Shown piece after piece: positions 14,611 to 26,349 of a DNA stretch of 64,000 nucleotides. Numbering within the stretch: the stretch's first letter is position 1; each line of letters starts with the position of its first letter. A program made the translations under genes and the position numbers. The notes beneath the pieces were generated by a model. That model saw only the letters and a list, made by a program, of their open reading frames with translations. It made no database searches and was not told the origin of the DNA. This stretch comes from Basidiobolus meristosporus CBS 931.73. Lineage: Eukaryota; Fungi; Basidiobolomycota. The stretch lies in NCBI GenBank assembly GCA_002104905.1, contig MCFE01000147.1:62001-126000 (forward strand), written 5' to 3'.

Positions 14611-14685
14611 CTTTACCTCCTCTGAGCACAATGGCACCATTTAGCACTTACGGCCCATTATACCGCTATCTAACAGAAAAAGTTT
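14611..14685. repeat. Terminal ~75 bp relic of the foldback element (fifth, older, truncated copy)
   Basis: CACAATGGCACCATTTAGCACTTACGGCCCATTATACCGCTATCTAACAGAAAAAGTTT aligns to the arm end CACTATGGCATCATTTGGCACTCACGGCTCAATGTGGCACTATCCAACGGAACAAGTCT. Confidence 0.65.
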
Positions 14686-16935
14686 GTTATATTCCACTGT
14701 AGAATCACCCCTCTTTATTTGCTTACCCACTACTACCTTGGGTATTCCACATATAGTTCAAATAAAAAAAACTATAGCCTCCTGCTTACTAACCTCTACA
14801 AATGTGCACACCTGCCACAATTGGCATACTTCTATTACCTCATCTTTAAAGCTTTTAGTGTGATCCATGCAGATTTGCCATATACCTTGTGCTGCTGGTA
14901 ACATATACATCTTGCAAACATATGCTTGGTTGTTGCCACCTCTGTCATGAATACCTCCTGAATATCTGCAAAGAACTTCTTGGTATTGTGCCAATATATT
15001 CCTTTTCCCTGCTGGATTCTAGTCCTCCCTTTTGGTGTGCTCTGGCTTTTGTTTGTGCAAATTCTGTGTTGAATGGCGTAGAAGTTGGCTTGTGTCCATG
15101 AGAAATCCAGCATACATTGGTAGAGCTTTCCTGATAAAAGTTAGTTGCTTGATGCACCCAACCCAACATGGCATTACATAACTGATTACCCATGTATTGG
15201 GGCTGCTTAGCTTCTTAATGCCATAGGCATAGATGTCTCCATGTGCACATTTGTCTTCAGTATTTTCTAACTCTTCCTGGCTGTCCTCCATGTGTCATCT
15301 CATCACATCTATGATGAACTGAAAGGTAATATTCTTGATGAGATTAGGATATGGTAGTACCTGCAGCTTGACTTGTCTTCCTATCTCCCCACACATCTGC
15401 CGCAGAAGAAACTCCCAAACGATGAAGCAAGGCCCAATATTCTCCTTACACTGTGAAAGATGGAGTAGAATGGATACAGTAGTGGCAGAGATCTACACAC
15501 CCAGCTTTATGTTTGTAGTATAGCTGCTCAAGTCCTGTCACAAACTCCTTGCACAATGGCTGTAGATGTTTCAAGTTGGCATTGGTGATCCACTTCTGGA
15601 AAAACATTCCTACAGTGTTGAAATATGACTTCCAATGCTTTCAATGCACTCTTGAAAGGAATGACTTCAGAGCACCACTTGAATAAATACATATCCAGCT
15701 CATCCAGTCTTTGCATTTGTATTGTTGCATATTCATATGAATATTAATTGGAGCCCATGAGAAATACTCAGGATAGTGGATACTCTGCAATATCTTGGCA
15801 ATTCTTTCAAATTTCTACAGTATCTCAAAGGGCGTATTTAGCTTGAAATGCCCTAAGCACAACTGGGCCATCAGTGCAGGGATATTGTAGAAAAGCAAAT
15901 GCATTGCACCCAGTGGAAAGCTTTTGCTACAGCAGATACCCTCAATCTTAAGTATCTCTGGTTTCCAATCAATTCCACATTCTAACCAATGGCATATATA
16001 TTGCCAACTCTACTGCAATTGCATGCTGACTTCTGTGTGTTCTCTCTGTGGAAAGATGATGTCCTTAGTGCTGCTGTTTGGGTAATAATGACGTGTGTGA
16101 GTTTTAGCGTAAATCCCCTGGATCTCACACATTCAACAGCAATTGGGTCCATTGTGCCCAGAAAAACCTGCTATCTTGCTGATGGCTGGAGCATCTCCAA
16201 TGCAGGTAATAATATGTGCTTTTACATGATGGCCATTTACTGTTATCCCACTGGAAAGCATACAAAGTTCATCCAGCAATGTATACAGGTAGCTTTCCAG
16301 GTTGGACGGTGATTTAGGTCCAGATACCAGTGAGACTACCATCAGATTACTGCTTTGTTTCCATATGATGGGTGGCAGATTCAGATTGATGAGAATCAGT
16401 GGCCAGCCGGATTTGCTAGTAGAGTGCTTTTTTATTGAGAAGCCAGCAAGTTCTTAAGCAATGGCATGGTCATAAATACCTTCAAAGTAGCCCTTACTTC
16501 TTAGCTGTTTGTAATGTTTGCCTTCAAATATATTGGATATGTAGGGATTTGACTGGGCTCATACATGGTACTGTTGTTAGGGGAGATAGGCTAAAAATCC
16601 ATCAGTTAACTTTCTTGTCAGAGCTATCACTCTGCATGCCATATTCACAAGGCTGAGGTGAGCCTAAAGGCATCACAAACTCACCTGAGCCAGTTTGGGC
16701 AAGGTGACAAAGATGGCCAGGTGCCAATATACAGGTATCAACTGGCCAGCAAGATAATGTTGGTAGAGTAGTGACAAATGAATGATCAAATATGACTTGG
16801 GTGGCAAAGCACTTGCTGTGATCCTTGTAATACTTCCTATACTGTCTGTGTGCTTCATGGCCCAAGAGGCTTGCCACAATAGCCACATGGTCTTTTTTCT
16901 CTTTTCTTACAGCATTGAGTCAAAGTAGTCTTGTC
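14686..16935 (-). pseudogene. CACTA/CMC-EnSpm-like transposase (Transposase_21/Tnp2 family), decayed
   Basis: Motif GPKSPSNLESYLYTLLDELCML...IITCIGDAPAISKIAGFSGHNGPNCC at 16133-16342; Cys-containing N-terminus at ~16900; many stops. Confidence 0.75.
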
Positions 16936-17020
16936 CATGGGGCAAACAGTTTGACCTTCAACATTGTAATACTTTTATATCACTTTTTGGTCAATACTCA
17001 TGAGAGGTTAAGACAGTATT

Positions 17021-17754
17021 AGACTTGTTGCGTTGTATAGTGCCACATTGAGCCATGAGTGCCAAATGATGCCATAGTGTGCCAGATAGGCCAAGTGAGC
17101 CTTTACCTGGCCACAGAGTGTGAAACATAGATCTGCATCTTCATGCAAAGCAGCCCCTGTGTCTCACCAATGATGCAGGAGAAAATCCATTTTTTGACGT
17201 TTTTTTGAGGATTAATATTGTGGAGGATGTGTAAGAGCACTAAATGATTGAAGATATACATCTGGTACTCAATACCCATGGCACTCTGAATCTAGCACAT
17301 GTGGCTTGTAACATGTCACAAAAATGCATGGCACTATCTTGGTCCACTGGTACTATCCAACACTATATTTAAATATTAGCCCTATAGTAAGATCAATACA
17401 AAGCACTTATAGTACTGGATAGTACCAGTGGACCAAGATAGTGCCATGCATTTTTGTGATATGTTACAAGCGACAGGTGCTAGATTCAGAGTGCCATGGG
17501 TATTGAGTACCAGATGCATATCTTCAATCATTTAGTGCTCTTACACATCCTCCACAATATTAATCCTCAAAAAAACGTCAAAAAATGGATTTTCTCCATT
17601 ACAATGAGTGAAGTACAGGGGCTGCTTTGCATGAAGATGCAGAGCTGTGCTGCACACTCTGTGGCCAAGTGTAGGCTCACTTGGCCTCCCTGGCACACTA
17701 TGGCAGCTTTAGGCACTCATGGCTCAATGTGGCATTATCCAATGGAACAAGTCT
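17021..17754. mobile_element. Palindromic foldback element, copy 2 (734 bp, TSD ATT)
   Basis: Inverted arms, AGACTTG/CAAGTCT ends, ATT on both flanks; empty homologous site in the reversed CACTA-like copy at ~35565-35600. Confidence 0.9.
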
Positions 17755-17897
17755 ATTGTACTAGAGACATTTCATCAACATGAATGTAGGATTTAATGAT
17801 GACCTGCCATAGTAAGCATTTTAATTAAAGCTGTGGCACCATGTACACATGCATATGTAGCACTATTTCCCCTTTGGCTTGACTCACTTCTATATAT

Positions 17898-20775
17898 ATG
17901 CCCCCAAAAAATAAAGGAAAGTTGTCTGGTTCCCAACCAAACCCCATCACTGACAGCAACAGAAGAACAATTAGACAACAGCTTGCTTTGATATTCAGTG
18001 CAACAAGCAGGGCTATATCCAAAAAAGATCCTGTGGACAGTGCACCCATTGAAAGTAATAATGCAGTCTCCTCAAGCTCTCAGTCAAGTAGGCAATTGAA
18101 AACCTCTGCAGAGCCACAAGCTGACTATTAGGCTCAGGCAGATAGGAATGTAGCAAATGCAGTAACCTCAGTTGAATATCAGCAAGTGGCCATGACAACA
18201 TCACCACCACCCATATTAGCAAGTATGCTGTTGGCTCATACCAAAGCATTAATGAAGCAATTAGGTGCAGTGGCTGATAGGATAGATGCAATAGCCCAGA
18301 GAAATCAGGAAATAGTCCAGAAACAGGATGAGTGGATAATATGTGTAGAGCAATTAATATCTCAGGTAGAGAAAGCAGTATCTTTGCTGCAAAGAAGGAA
18401 CTCAAGTAGTTCAATGTCACAGCTAAGAATTGAGCCATTTCCCAGTGTAAAAGCAGAGGTACACTGTACAGTCTTTAAAGCAAAGCTACAGTGTTCAATG
18501 ATAAAGCCCACAGAAAAACCTATCACCATGTGGGAGGGCATTAATATGGTGTTTATACCAAAGTCTAAAAATCAAAAAAACATTGAAGATCTTTGAAGCT
18601 GTTGAGTGCAATAATGCGGAGTGTGCTAATATAGAAGAGGTCATCAGAAGTCTAGCAAGTCATCATCTTATGGCCGGCATACCTTGTGACCATCAGGAAC
18701 TCAAGGCCAAGCATAATGCACTTGACTAGTTCCATGAGCATTGTCTGGGATTCAAACAGGCAAAAGGATTCCAGGCAGTTGAACTACACTCCAGGAAGGT
18801 AGATGAGTTTGCTGAAAAAGGTCATTTGTCTACCACAGCCTCCACATCCTTCATTGTTGACAGAGTGAAGATCTGTGGTAATGGAAAGTATCTTAATACT
18901 ACAATATCTCAAAACTAATATTGCACTCATTTCTTTACTCAGCTTTTTTTGCTATTGTAACACACAAGTGAAAGATCAAGAAATTCTAACTTTAGAGAAC
19001 AAAAGCTCCAGAACCTGACAGCAATCCACCCAAAAATATTATGTCATAAAGAACACACAGTAGCTAACACATGTTTCAAATTTCAGCTCATTTGAAGCAG
19101 TGCTTAAGGAGTTATGACCAAAAGAGTCCAACTATTGTATACTAGGCTACTATTGCTAGGATTTCTCTGGTGACTTTGATTGCATGTAAATTTTAAACCA
19201 GACAATAATGTCATGTGAGATTTCCACAGGTGCTGCACCTATGTCCATTCTGCTCCACTGCAAGATTTTAGCTTTGTATCATGTGTCTTGCTGGTGCAAC
19301 TGCCCAAAAGCTTTGATCCTTCAGAAGTCTCAATTTATGACTTCCCCAGCTGAACAATAAGGGGGCCTCTCTTTCCAGAATCTCCACACTACAATTACAA
19401 TTTTAAAGCTTATAGGACTTCCCCTGCATTACTTTCACTGTTGAGTATTTGGACTTTGATTGGTACCACATCAATAAAGAGACTGCAAAGCTCACAAGAA
19501 TGCAGTCTAAGTTCTACAAGAAAACAACCGCTTTTCAGTTAGAAAAGTCCCCTCCAAGAAGCCTTTTTACTCTAAAGACACCCTTTAGTCTAAAGAACCC
19601 TTTAGAGACTCTTTCAAGAAACTGCTTACTCTAAAGAAGCCCCTTTGGGTACCCCTTCAGCGTAAAGTCTACTTTAGAGACCACTACAAGAAGCCCCTTT
19701 ACTCTAAAGACACACATTTAGACACCCCTTTAGGTTGAGAGACCCCTTTGGAGACTTCTACAACATACCCCTTTAGGTTAAAGGGGAGTACAGAGCTTCC
19801 ATACTAGATATATTTTCTCAGGAAGGAAAGTGACTTCCAAATAAAGAAAAGTTGCTTCAAAAGTAAATAAGCTTAATAGTCAACAGAAGGTCAGAACACT
19901 GCTGCAGAAGTGAGAATCACTGTCTACAGTATATTTTGAGCCTAAGATTGAGAATATTAATGAAAGTTACATCTTCTATTGATATATCAAGCTCCCAATA
20001 AGCTATTTTAGTATTAACATACTGGAAGTTATTTTATATTGTCAATTAGCCTCTACCATTATAGAATATGCCCCAACTAATAGTAACACAACACAACAGA
20101 TCACACTGACAGACAAGGCTACCACATCAAGAGCTCAAAAGACTATCACAATGCCTTCAGTGGAGTTTTGGAACATTAATTGGCACACCAAGAGGTTGCA
20201 GCACTTCTCCAAGAGCAGTGCTCAAGAAAAGCAATCAGTGAATGAACAGTGGCATAGAGCCATTTGGTTCCTGCCAAAGTTGTAGCACCAGTGCATTACT
20301 GCAGAAATACTTATTGAGTGGTGGATTTTAATGGAGTTACTTGTCAAGTGTGGGGTTGGGCCTAATGTTAGTGAATGGTATAGGGACTTGTATAGGCCAA
20401 TACAATTGGCAATTGAGGTACAACTCAAGCTTCAACAGAGATAATCCAATTTGTACACATGAAAAGTAAGAGAAATGGTTGAGTAAGGATGTAAGGAGTT
20501 GAGAAAAGAGGCAATAGCCAATTGATGAACACAAATGTAGGTGGCAACAGAGTTTCCTGGATCAGAAAGTGTGTAAACTTATAGGGAACCAATCAAAAGC
20601 CACTTATACATTATTGTGATGAAAAGTTTTGACTCAGTTTTTTATGACATCTGGGGTGGAGTCATTTTCAATGGTTTCTGGATGGTGTCCTAACAGAATC
20701 AGTACCTCTCAGTCACGGGACTTTAGCTTTATGATGGCCTTTTGATGGAATAATCTCTATAATTTTTCATAGGGG
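17898..20775 (+). pseudogene. Decayed second ORF of the CACTA-like element (divergent from the transposase) plus downstream conserved block; interrupted by solo LTR 18874-20098
   Basis: ORF pieces 17898-18131 and 18186-18596 (coiled-coil-like); homologues at ~23000-24960, ~26950-28250 and reversed ~32700-35450. Confidence 0.55.
18874..20098. mobile_element. Solo LTR family B, copy 1 (1225 bp, TSD GATC)
   Basis: TGTGG...CAACA ends, GATC on both flanks, empty site GAGATCCCACTG at ~27487; same length as 35644-36868. Confidence 0.85.
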
Positions 20776-21330
20776 ATGGGTACCTCTATCAGCTTCTACA
20801 TGAGTCTTGAATGCTATGCATTGGAATACTGGTAAATGGCTATCAGCTCAAAGTACATATAACTACTTATATTGGAGATACCAAAGCAATCAGCAAGATA
20901 AACAGTTTTGCAAGGGATAATGGACAGCATTGTTCCTAAATGTGCAAGACACAGGGGAGTTACTTCTTGACTTTTACAAGTTATCTTCATTCATACAACA
21001 ATGACAACACAAATCATCTTCCCATGGAGAGAATGTACCAATGTTGGCATGCAACTGCAGCAAAGCTAGCAAGCTATTTGTCATTAGCCAGATTCTCAAA
21101 TTCATCAAATACTAGAGAGATGTAAAACAAAGGCAATGCTTTGGAGTAAAAGCTTTATACAATGTGAAATAAAGTGGCTGATGAACAATATCCTGATAGT
21201 AATGACCAGGTTGTACTGGGAGAATCTGAAGCTATATGGGCCCTCTGAGATATTGGAGATATTACAAAAAACTTGCAAGAAATTAAAGAGCATTGACCTT
21301 CCTAAACTCCTCTCTTAAGTGTTGCACAAA
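20775..21330 (+). pseudogene. CACTA-like transposase fragment
   Basis: Translates to YLYQLLHE..ML.IGILVNGYQLKVHITTYIGDTKAISKINSF, matching 16133-16342. Confidence 0.65.
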
Positions 21331-22960
21331 ATTTAGAAACGTACACAACAATACAAATACAATGATGTGATGAACTGGTTGTGTAATTATTCAAGTGTGC
21401 TTCTAAAGTAATGGCTGCCACAGGTACTGTTGAGATTCAGCCAAATTTCTCTGGTATTTGAAGGGCTTATTAAGGCTTAAATGCCCCATGTAAAACCTGG
21501 TCATCAGTATTGGGGTATTTCTGAAAAGCAAATGCATTGCTCCCAGTGAAAAGCATTTGCTCTAACAGATATCCCCATCTTAAGTATCTTCAGTTTCCAG
21601 TTAATTTCAGATAATGACCATTGGCTTATGGTTTGAGAACTTTGCTGCATTAGCATGCTGACATTGGGACAGTCTCACTGTTGGATAATGATGCTCTTGG
21701 TGCTGGTGTGTGTATAATAATAACACATGTGATTTATGGAGTAAATCCACTGGATTTCATACAATTGACAGCAATACCATCTATTGTGCCAAGAAAGGCA
21801 AGCTATCCTGCTGGTGGATGAAGTAGACTTGTTCTGTTGGATAGTGCCACATTGAGCCATGAGTGCCAAATGATGCCATAGTGTGCCAGAGAGGCCAAGT
21901 GAGCCTATACTTGGCCACAGAGTGTGAAACAAAGCTCATCATCTTCATGCAAAGCAGCTGCTGTGTTTCACTCATTGTGTTGGAGAAAATCCATTTTTTG
22001 ACCTTTTTTTTGGATCAATGTTGTGCATGATATGTAAGCCCACAGAAGAATTGAAGACATGCACCTGGTACTCAATACCCATGGCACTCTGAATTTTAGC
22101 TCCTGTATCTTGTACCATGTCACAAAAATGATTGGCACTATCTTGGTCCACTGGTACTATCTGGCACTATAAGTGCTTTATACAGGTTTTACTTTAGGGC
22201 TAATAATTAAATATAGTACCCAATAGTAACAGTGGACACTATATTAAATTATTAGCCCTAAAGTAAAACCTGTATAAAGCACTTATAGTGCCAGATAGTA
22301 CCAGTGGACCAAGATAGTGCCAATCATTTTTGTGACATGGTACAAGCTACAGGAGCTGGATTCAGAGTGCCATGGGTATTGAGTACCGGATGCATTTCTT
22401 CAGTCCTTCTGTCCTCTTACACATCCCGCACAACACTGATCCAAAAAAAAGGGTCAAAAAATGGATTTTCTCCAACACAATGGGTGAAACACAGGGGCTG
22501 CTTTGCATGAAGATGCAGAGCTATGTTTCACACTCTGTGGCCAAGTATAGGCTCACTTGGCCTCTCTGGCACACTATGGCATCATTTGGCACTCATGGCT
22601 CAATGTGGCACTATCCAACGGAACAAGTCTAGTATCTTCAATGTAGATATCCATATTTGCTTTGACATGGCAGCCATCTACTAGTATCCTTCTGGAAAGA
22701 TTACCATTCCCTCTGGCAAAAGATATAGGTATCTAGGTTGAATGGTGATTAAGGCCAAATTTCCAGTGATACTATCATCAGATTTCTGCTCTGAAAGCAT
22801 AAGATAGGTAGCAGATTCAAGTTGATGCAAATCAGTAGCTAGCAGGATTTGCTGTCAGAGTACCTGTTTGAGGAGAATTCATCAAGTGCCAAAATAAAGG
22901 CATGGTCATATGTAACTTCAAAGTTGCCTGTTCTTCTTGGTTGTTTGTAGGGTCAGCCAC
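21330..22960 (-). pseudogene. CACTA-like transposase fragment, interrupted by foldback copy 3
   Basis: Collinear by eye with ~15720-16510. Confidence 0.65.
21825..22630. mobile_element. Palindromic foldback element, copy 3 (806 bp, TSD AGT, inward-extended palindrome)
   Basis: 347-bp arms (21825-22171, 22284-22630), AGT on both flanks; empty homologue at ~16190; the centre contains the 40-bp loop in both orientations. Confidence 0.9.
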
Positions 22961-22999
22961 CAAATATACTAGAAATATTTGCTCTTGAGCTGCATTGCG

Positions 23000-24960
23000 G
23001 TTGTCCATTTGTACTCTGTGAATCACTGCAGAGCTGCAAGCTGACCTTAATGCTGAGGTGTATGAGAGTGTAGCAATGGCAGTACCTTCAGGTGAAGACC
23101 AGCAAGTGGCTGTCATAACATTACCACCACCCATATTACCAGGTATGTTGGATATCATAGGAAGTCTAGTACATCATCAACTTCAAACTGGCATAATATG
23201 GAGCTATCAGAAGTTCAAGCCCATTCAGAATGTGCTTGACCTGTTTCATAAGGAGTATCCTGGATTCAAATAAGCAAATAGACTTTGTGCCAGCATTGTA
23301 ATGCTCAGAAAGTTTCTCAAGAATAGCAGAGCCTATCAAAGTCAGAAGACCAGGGCTACATGGCTAAGACCAGTGTCTTCCTTAAGAGCCTTTTGCAAGC
23401 AGAACCAAAAGCTCCTGACAAGCATCAAAGAAATGATAGATAGCTGGGAGAGTCCCAATGAGGGACAAGCAGGAAGTCACTGATGCACCATTGCAACAAT
23501 TATCAAGTAGACAGGGTACTTTGACTCATGAGACACTCAGTTAAAGTGGCGGTGAAGAACCAGGCAATGATTGAGGCCAGTGGCTTCATCAGGAGCCCAT
23601 CTTAATTAGAGCTGAAAGCTCAATACAAGCAGCAAATAAACATCAGGTAGCAAGAAGGGTGCTGGTAAGGTATAAGAAGGCAGAAAGAGATTCACCAGTG
23701 CAGCATTTATCACAAAGAAAACATAGTTCAATGCAAAAAGTACTTGGACATTGTAGCAGTAAAAGACCTAGCAGTGATAAAGGAGAAAGCAGCTAGAAAG
23801 AAGTCCACCTATGCCAGAGAAAGAAAGCAAGAAAAAAAGCTGCAGCTCTTGCCCTTCAGTTCTTTGACCATGAACCCAGAGCTGTCTGTGTCCCAAAATA
23901 TCCAAGAAGATTTACCAGCAAGAAAACAGCTGTTTCTCAAGAGTTGGAGGTGCAGCTAGTCAAGCTCATTAACTTTTCTTATATACTTCCTGACTGCCAA
24001 GTGATTACTAATGACAAGGCTTGGGAAGATTCCATGCATCTGCAGAATTCTCAATGACATCAATACAAACTAAGAATACTCAAACAAAGTCCTGGAAGGT
24101 TCAAAAAATACAGCATATTGAACAAGTCAGGGTTTGGTAGTTTGAAACTTCTGTAATACCAAGAAAATATATTGTATTGAAGTGATAGGGAGGGTAACAC
24201 TGACCTGGGTCATGTGTCAGGGATACTGACATGGGTGCTAGCCTAATGCACATATATACAAGTGATCACAAAGCTAAATAACATATGGGTTAGCTACTGC
24301 TGATAACTAAACAGGGTAAAAGTTATATGGGAGTAATACTATAGATTTGGGGAAAGGAAACTAGGATAATACTGACAGGAAAAGAAATGAGTACATGCCT
24401 CATAATAGTCATATGAATAAATTTGTTTGCTAGAGGTATATTACCCTTTCACACCTAAGTCATGGAAAAAGGGTATTTGGTTCAGATACTTATTGAATGG
24501 TAAATTTCAATGGAGTTACTGATTGAGGTGTGGTAGGGTGTATTGTTAGTGTTGGGTACAAGGATATGTATAGGTAAGTATAGTTAGAAATTGAGTTACA
24601 AATGATGACTCAAAGAAAATATACCAATTTGTATGCATGAAAGTAATCACATTGTTTGAGTCAGGAAGTAAGGAGTGTAAGAAATGGGCAATAGCCAATC
24701 AATGTATAACAATGTAGCAGTCAGATTGGTGTCTGGGACTAGAAAGCTCAAGAATTGTCAGAAAACCAATCAAAAGCAAGATGTAAACTGTTGTGATGAA
24801 AATTATCACCAAGTTTTATGTGAAATCTGAGGTGCAATTTTTTCTAAACCATCTTTGCATTTTATTCTGATGGCATCAATATCTCTTAGTAATGGTATTT
24901 AAGCATTGTGATGGCCTTTCAATGGGATCTTCAAAGTTAGTTTTCATAAAATAAAGAATC
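23000..24960 (+). pseudogene. Further copy of CACTA-like ORF2 and downstream block, with an LTR family C relic at ~23970-24450
   Basis: DLFHKEYPGFK / MLRKFLKNSRAY matches 26936-27271; 23970-24450 aligns to ~28850-29300. Confidence 0.55.
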
Positions 24961-25055
24961 CTACTGAGTTTCTTTAAAATATCAGTCTTGTCTTAGCTGC
25001 ACACCAGTTAGTCCCAAATGCCAATTTTGCTAGACTTCTACTTCTCTGTCTCACA

Positions 25056-26340
25056 ATGCAAGATACTAACTGGGCTGAGGTGAGCATTCCCCCCAATATT
25101 GTGTTGAAAATTGCACAAAACCTCTTTTTCAGCCTTTTTGAAGATCCACCTAAGAAAACACATCTGAACAGTGGCTTATGGAAGACTCATGATCTAGCTA
25201 CAAATAGAAAGGAAGCTAACTATATAACCAAGAAGAAGCCAACTACTACCAAGCAGTATGAGTTTTTCAGAAGATACTATTACTCCATTAGTGAGTGGAA
25301 AGGTATCGCAAAGCAGTCCAGCAAATTAGAAGCTACCTCAGAGATGCAACAAATTGCCACAGCTAATAATTTATATGCTGATGGCAAATGCTTTATAGGT
25401 GAAAAGATGGGACATAGATCAACTGCCCATGCTAGAATAGGCTCTACACCATTGGCTAAGATTACTCAGATTCTAAATGATAGTTCAACTAATGTTATGA
25501 CAGGGTATGAGGAAGTATATGAAGAGCTTACAGCTCATGATTATTGCAAGCTCACAGAATTTCTAGCCAGAATTGCAGCATATCATAATAAGAAACTGCC
25601 AGCCATAGTACTAAAAGCCATTAAGTTGCACACCCTGAATAGCCAATCATGTGTAGCACTACTTTATAGTGTAACATCCAACTGTTTTTTATCCCACAAT
25701 GTAGTCAAAGTACTCAACTTGGAAATGGAAAAACAACCAGGAAAAACTGTGCTTACAACAAAGACCCTCTCACATGAGTAGACTACCAGTTTCCTATCCA
25801 GGAGTTGCTGATTCTTAGCCACCTATAATTGATTGGATTCCAGTGATTATTTCCACCAGCTGAATGTAGAAGAGCGACCCCTGCTTTCCAAGTATATTTT
25901 AAATCAATCTAATTGGATACTCATTCAGCCATTGAGGGAAACCAAGCTACTTGAAGGAATAGTTTATGCATTGTTCCAGATTAGCTGCTACACTATACAC
26001 TTCTTCAAGATGACTAATTTCTAATCTAATAGTCCAAGATATCAGCTACTTACCATAACGAACAAAAGTATTCATCAAGTTAGACATAAAGAATGCATCT
26101 TGGTAATTCTAGGTCCATTTGGATCATCAGCATAAGACTGCATTTATTTTGAACACTATGCAATGGATTTTTCAGCAAGCTCCGTTTGTCTTAATAACAT
26201 TGCCAGCATACTCCAGAGAGTCAGGAAAATAAAACTTAGGAATGTACTATATGCCTTGATATTTAATGATGATGTTATCCTATCTTCACCAACTGTTAGA
26301 ATCATGCTAATTATTTAACTGATCTATTTCACAGACTGGC
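25056..26340 (+). pseudogene. Ty3/gypsy gag-protease-RT relic
   Basis: ALLYSVTSNCFLSHNVVKVLNL resembles the retroviral protease ALLDSGA motif (Asp lost); 26065-26340 reads KVFIKLDIKNASW..HKTAF..PF..DDVILSS..HANYLTDLFHRL, the Ty3 RT core. Confidence 0.7.
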
Positions 26341-26349
26341 AACTGTTAC

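Noticed and set aside
17496-17783. Repeated MGIEY... ORFs as a host multigene family
   Set aside because: All lie in the arms of the foldback element, bounded by TIR ends and TSDs.
18874-20098. Family B as a Ginger DNA transposon (TGT..ACA, 4-bp TSD)
   Set aside because: There is no extended TIR beyond ~5 bp and no integrase; a solo LTR fits better, though this is not proven.
25056-25781. 241-aa ORF as a host gene inside the TE domain
   Set aside because: It contains a degenerate retroviral protease motif and is followed by Ty3 RT remnants.
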